DNA of 32,000 bases from Mycolicibacterium smegmatis. Lineage in GTDB: Bacteria; Actinomycetota; Actinomycetes; Mycobacteriales; Mycobacteriaceae. Under the pieces are notes generated by a model. The model saw nothing but the letters and a program-made list of their open reading frames with translations. It ran no database searches and was not told the DNA's origin. How positions within the stretch are numbered: the stretch's first letter is position 1; every line of letters starts with the position of its first letter. Positions 25,281 to 31,342 of this stretch are shown in pieces. The stretch covers positions 1,920,001 through 1,952,000 of the forward strand of contig NZ_LN831039.1 of the NCBI RefSeq assembly GCF_001457595.1, given 5' to 3'. Both the position numbers and the translations under genes were made by a program.

Positions 25281-26297
25281 TCAGCCGCGCGCCATCCTCC
25301 GGATCAACCGGGCAGTCGCGCGGTCCAGCACGGACTGACGCTCATCGGCAGACCGCGTGCGCGCGGCGCGGCGCACCGCGGACTCGATCGTGATGCCGTT
25401 GCGGTAGGCCTGCACCACCCGTGGGTCGACGTAGGCACTGCGCGCGACCGCAGGGGTGTTCCCGAGCCCTTCGGAGACCTCCCGCATCACCGCCGACTCG
25501 ACGCGCTTGACCACTTTGGGGTCCACCGGCGGATCGGCATCGACGAACGCCTCGGCGGCCAGCACCGTGCCGTGCCAGGTACGCAGGTCCTTGACCGTGT
25601 AGTCTTCACCGACCATCTCTTTGAAGCGAAGATTGAGGTCGTCGGCGTGGACCTCCACCCAGTCCGCCGATTCCTGGTACGCCAGAAAACGTTCCCCGCG
25701 CTTGCGGTGTCGCTGCAGGGCCCGCACGGCACGGACCACGTCGTCGTCCTCGACGAGCAACGTACGCCGTACCCCGCTCTTCGCCGGATAGTCGAACTCC
25801 ACTCCGTCGCGGCCCACGCTCACGTGCTCGCACTGCAGTGTCGCGATACCGAACGAATTGTTCTCCTCGGCGTATCTCTCACCGCCCGCACGGAAGTATC
25901 CGAGGTCGAGCAGACGCAGCCCCAGCGCCAGCACCCGATCGCGGCGCAGGCCTCGCCGGGCGAGATCGGCTGCCACGTGCTGTCGCCAATCATGAAGCCC
26001 TGCAGACATTTCCAGTACGCGGTCGAATTTCTCCTCACTGCGTTCCTGTTGCCACTGCGGGTGGTACAGGTACTGGCGCCTGCCTGCGACATCGGTGCCG
26101 ACAGCCTGGATGTGCCCGGAAGCATGCGGGCAGATCCAGACCGCCTTCCAGGCCGGGGGGATGACGAGATCGTCGATGCGCTGCAGCACCTTGCGATCAG
26201 TTACCGCCTGCCCGTCGGGCTTTCGATAGCTGAAGCCTCGGCCCCTGCGGATCCGCTTGATCCCGGGGCCGTCGACGACGCTTCGACGCAGCCGCAT
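25281..26297 (-). CDS. Bacterial poxvirus-like type IB DNA topoisomerase (338 aa)
   Basis: FSYRKPDG...DLVIPPAW..VWICP...GHIQAVGTDVAGRRQYLYHP, YTVKDLRTWHGT and LGNTPAVARSAYVDP (candidate catalytic Tyr). Pattern matched by eye. Confidence 0.75.
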   Translation of the reverse strand: MRLRRSVVDGPGIKRIRRGRGFSYRKPDGQAVTDRKVLQRIDDLVIPPAWKAVWICPHASGHIQAVGTDVAGRRQYLYHPQWQQERSEEKFDRVLEMSAGLHDWRQHVAADLARRGLRRDRVLALGLRLLDLGYFRAGGERYAEENNSFGIATLQCEHVSVGRDGVEFDYPAKSGVRRTLLVEDDDVVRAVRALQRHRKRGERFLAYQESADWVEVHADDLNLRFKEMVGEDYTVKDLRTWHGTVLAAEAFVDADPPVDPKVVKRVESAVMREVSEGLGNTPAVARSAYVDPRVVQAYRNGITIESAVRRAARTRSADERQSVLDRATARLIRRMARG

Positions 26298-26316
26298 GAT
26301 CAGCAGCTCGCGACGC

Positions 26317-26342
26317 GTTTAGTGCCCGCGTAGGCACGGGTA
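26317..26342 (+). promoter_or_regulatory. SigF-type promoter, exact consensus, for the RsbW-like gene
   Basis: GTTT(26317-26320)-N17-GGGTA(26338-26342), followed by AGGAG (26349-26353). Confidence 0.6.
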
Positions 26343-26352
26343 ACCCGCAGGA

Positions 26353-26973
26353 GTGACGCGGGTGGGCCCTCGGGCAGGAGACGGTGAAGAGGTTCGCCGG
26401 TTGTCCCTGGGCGGCAATCCGAAATGGATGGGGCTGCCGTCATCGCAGCGGCCGCCGATCACGATGGTTCATCCCGAGCGGTTACCCGGTGCCCCGGCGC
26501 CGTACACCGTCGACCGGCGTCGTGTGGTGGTCGAGGTCCCGGCGCGCGAGGCGATGCTCGTGACGCTACGCAACATTCTCGGGGCGATCGCGACCTTCGA
26601 GGGCCTGGACAGTGACGTGGTCGCCGACCTGTGCCTGGCGGTGGACGAGGCGTGCGCGGTGCTGATCAACGCGGCCGCGCCGGACTCGCTGGTGTCTCTC
26701 GACATCGTCGCGGACGCACAGATGCTCGTCGTCGACGCGTCAACCACATGTTCACGTCCTGAGGACGCGGGCCTCGGTCGCTTCAGTGAGCGTGTGCTGT
26801 CGGCGCTGACCGATGAGGTCGGCACGTTCGCGGCGGCGGCCGACACGGCGAACAGCACAGAAGACGATCCCGGAAGCAGCCCCGAAAACGGCACGGACCC
26901 CCGAGGGGTGTTCGGGATATCCCTGACCACCCGACGGAGGCCGCCGACCGCTTCTGACCCGGTGTCGGACTAA
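26353..26973 (+). CDS. RsbW/UsfX-like anti-sigma factor paralog
   Basis: VVVEVPAREAMLVTLRNILGAIATFEGLDSDVVADLCLAVDEAC parallels the RsbW fragment at 31866 (SVEIRVAAMLENLAVVRTVVAAIATFEDLDFDVV). The start is uncertain (GTG 26353/26362, ATG 26428/26464). No DxGxG ATP-lid motif was seen. Confidence 0.75.
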   Translation: MTRVGPRAGDGEEVRRLSLGGNPKWMGLPSSQRPPITMVHPERLPGAPAPYTVDRRRVVVEVPAREAMLVTLRNILGAIATFEGLDSDVVADLCLAVDEACAVLINAAAPDSLVSLDIVADAQMLVVDASTTCSRPEDAGLGRFSERVLSALTDEVGTFAAAADTANSTEDDPGSSPENGTDPRGVFGISLTTRRRPPTASDPVSD

Positions 26974-27410
26974 GTGTTCTCCACCAGTTGCAGTGGTCGT
27001 TGATCGCTCTTGCGGGACAACGCCGACGCAACGTCGGGAGAGGTGGTCAGCCCGGAGTCCGGATCACAGATGCGGAGCACCCGTGTGACGGCCTTGCTCG
27101 GCACCACCACCCACTCGGCGTCGGCCCCGGCGCACCGCACATTGAGAGTGTGCAACGTGGTGAAACACGCAGCTCCGAAGAAGGCGACATCGCTCAGGTC
27201 GAGCACGAGTTTCGTGTTCCGTGTGAGGGCCTTCAGGGCATAGTCGGTGAGGAGGCCTGCATTGGAGGCATCCAGGTCGCCGTGAACTGTCACGACGGCG
27301 GTCGTGGTGTTGATCCGTTCGGTGGTGAAATGCGCGTGTTGTCGTGCATGGCTGCCGCTGTGAGGACTACTCCTCTTGGCAACGCTGATTGTGGGCATGT
27401 GTGACTCCAT
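26970..27410 (-). CDS. STAS-domain anti-sigma-factor antagonist (RsfA-like) (146 aa)
   Basis: AVVTVHGDLDASNAGLL...KLVLDLSDVAFFGAACFTTL is a SpoIIAA/RsbV-like fold pattern. Its stop overlaps the convergent RsbW-like stop (CTAA). Confidence 0.75.
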   Translation of the reverse strand: MESHMPTISVAKRSSPHSGSHARQHAHFTTERINTTTAVVTVHGDLDASNAGLLTDYALKALTRNTKLVLDLSDVAFFGAACFTTLHTLNVRCAGADAEWVVVPSKAVTRVLRICDPDSGLTTSPDVASALSRKSDQRPLQLVENT

Positions 27411-27872
27411 CAGTAGAAAACACGATTCGTACTGCAGTCACGTCACTCAGGCTCTGCTCGCTCAAAGCCCCCGGGCGCAGGGTGTGCTGGCCTGCACGTC
27501 GATGACGATTCCAGCTGGCTGTGAACTCAACCTGGGTCGAACTTTACGCCAGATCGTTACCATCGACAATTGCGTTGGCTCGGTTCTCATAAAACAATCA
27601 GCAACGCCCGTGCGGCCCGCCGAAGTCGCGAAAGTTGTTGCGGCAGAAACAACATTAGTTTGCCAACAGGCGACGAGCACGTGTCGTCCCGCTTATACCG
27701 GATTGCTGTCGCGCGCGTCGGCGTTATCGGGGAACATGCGTCCGGAGCCACCGAAACCGGCGGTCATCCGCCTGTGGCGGGTTTTGCTGGCGTGGTCGGT
27801 GGCGCCCCGGACCGACTTCCGACGCGCCACGGTTCGACGCATCGGCGTGCGACATCCGTGTTCGCCGACTTG

Positions 27873-27897
27873 GTTTGGTACTCGAAGTGTCCGGGTA
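27873..27897 (+). promoter_or_regulatory. SigF-type promoter, exact consensus, for the small-protein operon
   Basis: GTTT(27873-27876)-N16-GGGTATCCG(27893-27901). ATG 27908 lies 11 nt after the -10 A. Confidence 0.7.
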
Positions 27898-27907
27898 TCC
27901 GGGCCGC

Positions 27908-28141
27908 ATGAGATTCGGTGGCTTGTTCGGAACGCTAGTTCTCATCTGGTTGCTGATCGGAGTTCTGGCCGCGTGGCAACGCGACTATTTCCAGAACGGC
28001 ACAACCGATTGCGCGACAGCGGGCCAAACTGCGCTCACTGTGTTGGCCGGACCGCTCAACTATGCCGGCGTCAACCCGAAGGTGGGCGAGTGCCGCCTGC
28101 CCGAACCCAGTGCGATGCCCGTCATCGCCAACCTGAAGTGA
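27908..28141 (+). CDS. Small membrane-anchored hypothetical protein (77 aa)
   Basis: MRFGGLFGTLVLIWLLIGVLAAW is a TM helix, followed by a Cys-containing tail. Start is at ATG 27908; the track starts at 27875. Confidence 0.6.
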   Translation: MRFGGLFGTLVLIWLLIGVLAAWQRDYFQNGTTDCATAGQTALTVLAGPLNYAGVNPKVGECRLPEPSAMPVIANLK

Positions 28142-28148
28142 GGTCGTC

Positions 28149-28304
28149 ATGATTGTCTTCGGAGCGATTCTGCTCATCCTCGGCCTGGTGCTGAACATCT
28201 ACTGGCTGTGGGTCGTCGGCGTGATCTTGATGGTCGTCGGCGCGGTGTTCTGGCTGCTCGGCTCCATCGGGCGCCCGGTCGGTGGCCGCCGGGCCTGGTA
28301 TTAG
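28149..28304 (+). CDS. Unlisted small two-helix membrane protein (51 aa)
   Basis: Translated by hand and absent from the ORF track: MIVFGAILLILGLVLNIYWLWVVGVILMVVGAVFWLLGSIGRPVGGRRAWY*. It starts 7 nt after the upstream stop and has GC3-rich codons. Confidence 0.5.
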   Translation: MIVFGAILLILGLVLNIYWLWVVGVILMVVGAVFWLLGSIGRPVGGRRAWY

Positions 28305-28340
28305 GCGCACGCGAACAAGACGCACCGTAGGAGCTGAACG

Positions 28341-28598
28341 ATGCCGAATTCATCGATCAAGGACGAGAAGCTCTACCAGGACCTGCGTAAGCAGGGCGAC
28401 TCGAAGGAGAAGGCCGCGCGCATCTCCAACGCGGCGGCTTCCCGAGGCCGCTCCAAGGTCGGGCGCTCGGGCGGCAAGTCCGGATCCTATGAAGACTGGA
28501 CTGTGTCCGACCTGCGCAGTCGTGCGAAAGAACTTGGGATCACCGGATATTCCGACAAGAACAAGGGTGAGTTGGTGAAGATGCTCAGGAGTCACTGA
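28341..28598 (+). CDS. Small basic protein with C-terminal Rho_N/SAP-like domain (85 aa)
   Basis: A TAGGAG SD precedes ATG 28341. The N-terminus is IKDEKLYQDLRKQGDSKEKAARISNA. The C-terminus is WTVSDLRSRAKELGITGYSDKNKGELVKML (Rho termination factor N-terminal-like helix-extended-helix). Confidence 0.75.
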   Translation: MPNSSIKDEKLYQDLRKQGDSKEKAARISNAAASRGRSKVGRSGGKSGSYEDWTVSDLRSRAKELGITGYSDKNKGELVKMLRSH

Positions 28599-28629
28599 GC
28601 GTTCCCTCCGCCCCGAAAAACCCCGCACG

Positions 28630-28662
28630 AAGGGCCCCGCTGATCAACTCAGCGGGGCCCTT
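28630..28662 (+). terminator. Hairpin terminator after the small-protein operon
   Basis: Perfect 14-bp stem AAGGGCCCCGCTGA / TCAGCGGGGCCCTT with a TCAAC loop, 32 nt after the stop at 28598. Confidence 0.65.
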
Positions 28663-28771
28663 CCCCGTTGTTCTGAGGTTGATCGCCGTTCGGCCCCTCA
28701 TGAGGACAAATCGTTCTAACGTGGGAAGCAGCCCCGAATGCCAGGGCGGAGCAATGGCGGAAGGAGCAGCC

Positions 28772-29080
28772 ATGAAAGGCCCAAAGGATCCTGTCGATCA
28801 TGCTCGGACGACACGGCCACATGCCGGGGAGTCGATGAAGGACAACATGATCATGCCTGCGCTGATCGTGATCGGCCTGGCGCTGGTGACGTTCGTCGGA
28901 TCCCTCGCCGCGTTCGCCACCAGCCACCATGATGTCGGACTGACCCTGGTGAGCCTCGCGGCCGCCGGGTTCGTCATCGGAGCTTTGTGGCTGGCGCTCG
29001 AGCACCTGAGGGTGCGTCGTATCGAAGATCGTTGGTACGCAGAGCATCCCGGGGTGATGAGGCAAGGCCCCAGCAGCTGA
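28772..29080 (+). CDS. UsfY-like small membrane protein, paralog 3 (102 aa)
   Basis: ATG 28772 follows GGAAGGAG. MKGPKDPVDHARTTRPHAGESMKD, two hydrophobic helices, and EHLRVRRIEDRWYAEHPGVMRQ. The track ORF starts at 28679. Confidence 0.8.
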   Translation: MKGPKDPVDHARTTRPHAGESMKDNMIMPALIVIGLALVTFVGSLAAFATSHHDVGLTLVSLAAAGFVIGALWLALEHLRVRRIEDRWYAEHPGVMRQGPSS

Positions 29081-29096
29081 TCGGCCAGGCGGACCT

Positions 29097-29118
29097 GCGG
29101 GGCGGATCGTTCGCCCGC
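29097..29118 (+). terminator. Possible GC-rich hairpin after UsfY-like paralog 3
   Basis: GCGGGGCG (29097-29104) pairs with CGCCCGC (29112-29118) with one bulge, followed by GGGTGTTTG. Confidence 0.3.
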
Positions 29119-29135
29119 GGGTGTTTGCGTGCCCG

Positions 29136-29486
29136 TCAGAAGGTCAGAGCCAGAACGATGAAGTCGATCGCCAGCAACGCCAGCCCGATGATCGGCACCA
29201 GGATGCCGCGCCGGGCACGCGCGGTGAACACCGTCAGCGCGATCACCACGACCGGGACCACCGGAGCGCCGTAGAACAGCACTCCGAACCAGAACTCGCC
29301 CGGACCCTGATTCGCGCACGCATCGTCGGCGCACCCGGCCATGCTCATGACCGCGCCCATGCCGTACAGGAACACCGCCACGGCGGCCGGAATCGTCAGC
29401 AGAGCCAGCACCCACGTCGCCGAGATCCGTGTCTTGCGGCCGGTCTCGGTCTGCTCGATCTGTGCCTTGCTCGTGTTCGGGGTCAT
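29136..29486 (-). CDS. Hypothetical integral membrane protein (116 aa)
   Basis: ATG 29486. Three hydrophobic helices (WVLALLTIPAAVAVFLYGMGAV, FWFGVLFYGAPVVPVVVIALTVF, ILVPIIGLALLAIDFIVLALTF). The track ORF (TTG 29582) is trimmed. Confidence 0.55.
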   Translation of the reverse strand: MTPNTSKAQIEQTETGRKTRISATWVLALLTIPAAVAVFLYGMGAVMSMAGCADDACANQGPGEFWFGVLFYGAPVVPVVVIALTVFTARARRGILVPIIGLALLAIDFIVLALTF

Positions 29487-29502
29487 ATCTGGCGGGTACC
29501 CA

Positions 29503-29526
29503 GTTTCGCGGCCCGGTGCACGGGTA
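29503..29526 (+). promoter_or_regulatory. SigF-type promoter, exact consensus, for the LLM oxidoreductase gene
   Basis: GTTT(29503-29506)-N15-GGGTATCCG(29522-29530). ATG 29537 lies 11 nt after the -10 A. Confidence 0.7.
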
Positions 29527-29536
29527 TCCGCAGCCC

Positions 29537-30523
29537 ATGACGAGATTCGGATACACGCTGATGACCGAGCAGAGCGGGCCAAAAGATCTTGTGCGTTACG
29601 CCGTCGCGGCGGAGCAGGCGGGATTCGATTTCGAGGTGTGCAGTGACCACTTCTCGCCCTGGCTGACCAGCCAGGGGCACGCCCCGAACGCGTGGGCGGT
29701 GCTCGGGGCGGTCGCGCACGCCACCGAATCGGCGCACCTGTATTCGTACGTCACCTGCCCGACGATGCGCTATCACCCGGCCGTCGTGGCCCAACAGGCC
29801 GCGACCGTGCAGATCCTCTCCGACGGGCGGTTCACGCTGGGACTGGGCAGCGGTGAGAACCTCAACGAACACGTCGTCGGCAAGGGTTGGCCGACCGTCG
29901 AACGGCGTCTCGACATGCTGGCCGAGGCCATCAAGATCATCCGGGAGTTGTTCACCGGCGAACTCATCGACTTCCGGGGCGAGTACTTCGAGGTCGATTC
30001 GGCGCGGATCTGGGATGTCCCCGACGAACCGGTCGGCATCGGCGTCTCACTGACAGGCGAGAGGGCCCTCGACAAACTCGCGGTCTCGACGGACCACCTG
30101 ATCAACGCCGCGCCGGACGCGGCGGTGGTCGAGGGATGGCGCAAGCGCCGTGAGGCCACCGGAATACTGCCCGCGGGCCGCGTGGTCGGACAGATACCGG
30201 TGTGCTGGGATCCCGACAAGGACGCCGCCATCGCCCGCGCACACGATCAGTTCCGGTGGTTCGCCGGCGGGTGGGCGGTGAACGCCGACCTGCCCACCCC
30301 GGCCGGTTTCGCGGCCGCGACACAGTTCGTGCGGCCCGAGGACGTCGCGTCGGCCATTCCCTGCGGTCCCGACCTCGACGCGATCGTCGCCGCCGTCGAC
30401 GAGTACCGCCAGGCGGGCTTCACCGATATCGCGCTGATCCAGATCGGTGGCGACAGCCAGGAGCAGTTCCTTGCCGAGGCCGCCAAGCCGCTACTCGCGG
30501 CGCTGCGCGAGAGTGCCGGGTGA
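29537..30523 (+). CDS. Luciferase-like monooxygenase (LLM) class, F420-dependent G6PDH-family-like oxidoreductase (328 aa)
   Basis: MTRFGYTLMTEQSGPKDLVRYAVAAEQAGFDFEVCSDHFSPWL and FTLGLGSGENLNEHV resemble the F420-dependent glucose-6-phosphate dehydrogenase family (by eye). The track ORF starts at 29429. Confidence 0.75.
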   Translation: MTRFGYTLMTEQSGPKDLVRYAVAAEQAGFDFEVCSDHFSPWLTSQGHAPNAWAVLGAVAHATESAHLYSYVTCPTMRYHPAVVAQQAATVQILSDGRFTLGLGSGENLNEHVVGKGWPTVERRLDMLAEAIKIIRELFTGELIDFRGEYFEVDSARIWDVPDEPVGIGVSLTGERALDKLAVSTDHLINAAPDAAVVEGWRKRREATGILPAGRVVGQIPVCWDPDKDAAIARAHDQFRWFAGGWAVNADLPTPAGFAAATQFVRPEDVASAIPCGPDLDAIVAAVDEYRQAGFTDIALIQIGGDSQEQFLAEAAKPLLAALRESAG

Positions 30524-31054
30524 GGCGGCCGTCGAGCCGGGACGACCGCCCATGGGCTGCCCCGACCGCATGGTGAACGGCCAGACGATCCAACAACCCA
30601 CGAACACAACCAGTGCCACCGCACCCGCGGTGAATCCGGCCGGGCGGCCGGCGACGGTGTCGAAGATGATCAGCACCACGCCCGCCATCGCGAACCCCAG
30701 CAACAGCAGTCCCGCGTAGGCGCAGCGGTGTGCCGCGGTCACCACGAGATTCATCCGGTGACGCCGGAACACCATGCGGTGCATGGCAACCGGAGCCACG
30801 AGCAGCGCGGTGGATCCGGCCGAGCACGCGACGGTGATCAGGAAGACCGTGCGCATGGTCCCGTCGAGAACGTCGAACTCCTCCTGGAACGGCAGGGTCA
30901 ACAGCAGGCCGGTGAGTAGCTGGACGCCCGTCTGCACCACACGGAGTTCCTGCAACAGGTTGTTCCAGTTACGGTCGAGCCGTTCGGCCTCGGTCTCGTT
31001 GCGCGCCACCCCGGGAGGCCGTTTGTCGTCGTGGGCGCGCATGTGGTCGATCAT
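30491..31054 (-). CDS. DUF6328-like membrane protein (187 aa)
   Basis: RNETEAERLDRNWNNLLQELRVVQTGVQLLTGLLLTLPF followed by further TM helices. Start is ATG 31054 or 31042. The 3' end overlaps the convergent LLM gene by 33 nt. The family name is from recollection. Confidence 0.65.
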   Translation of the reverse strand: MIDHMRAHDDKRPPGVARNETEAERLDRNWNNLLQELRVVQTGVQLLTGLLLTLPFQEEFDVLDGTMRTVFLITVACSAGSTALLVAPVAMHRMVFRRHRMNLVVTAAHRCAYAGLLLLGFAMAGVVLIIFDTVAGRPAGFTAGAVALVVFVGCWIVWPFTMRSGQPMGGRPGSTAASPGTLAQRRE

Positions 31055-31109
31055 GCATCGCCGACGACGAACCCGGTACAAAAGGCGCGTTTCCGGGTAC
31101 GTCTGAGGT

Positions 31110-31241
31110 ATGGACGGCGGTTCGCCGCACATGCTGCGGCGCCTTCTCATCTCACTGGCGCTGATTCTGGCCGTGGTGATCGCGATCGTCGCAGCGGTGT
31201 ACGCGATGGCGTTCATCATGCTCGCCCCGATGATGACCTGA
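31110..31241 (+). CDS. Possible unlisted small membrane protein (43 aa)
   Basis: Translated by hand: MDGGSPHMLRRLLISLALILAVVIAIVAAVYAMAFIMLAPMMT*. GC3-rich. An alternative start is ATG 31131. It lies just upstream of the chaB promoter. Confidence 0.3.
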   Translation: MDGGSPHMLRRLLISLALILAVVIAIVAAVYAMAFIMLAPMMT

Positions 31242-31252
31242 GGTGGTCGAGG

Positions 31253-31277
31253 GTTTCCCGAATGCCGACGTTGGGCA
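31253..31277 (+). promoter_or_regulatory. SigF-type promoter (near consensus) upstream of chaB-rsbW
   Basis: GGTTTC(31252-31257)-N-GGGCAT(31273-31278), with 16 nt between GTTT and GGG. Autoregulated SigF promoters upstream of the sigF operon are described in mycobacteria. Confidence 0.65.
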
Positions 31278-31342
31278 TCCGGTGGGGCGGACAGCGGAAT
31301 CGATACATGAAGACGTGAGGGACCCGAGAGGAAGTGGTCACG

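Noticed and set aside
27376-28152. 258-aa plus-strand ORF covering the 460-bp spacer and the 77-aa gene region.
   Set aside because: It has no domain signature and poor coding character. It overlaps the STAS gene start and a better-supported downstream gene in another frame.
29494-29520. Palindrome GGGTACCC (29494-29501). It gives a minus-strand GGGTA 11 nt before ATG 29486, the same geometry as the leaderless-like promoters.
   Set aside because: The -35 position reads GTGC rather than GTTT. It may be a real weak or other-sigma promoter but is not supportable from sequence alone.
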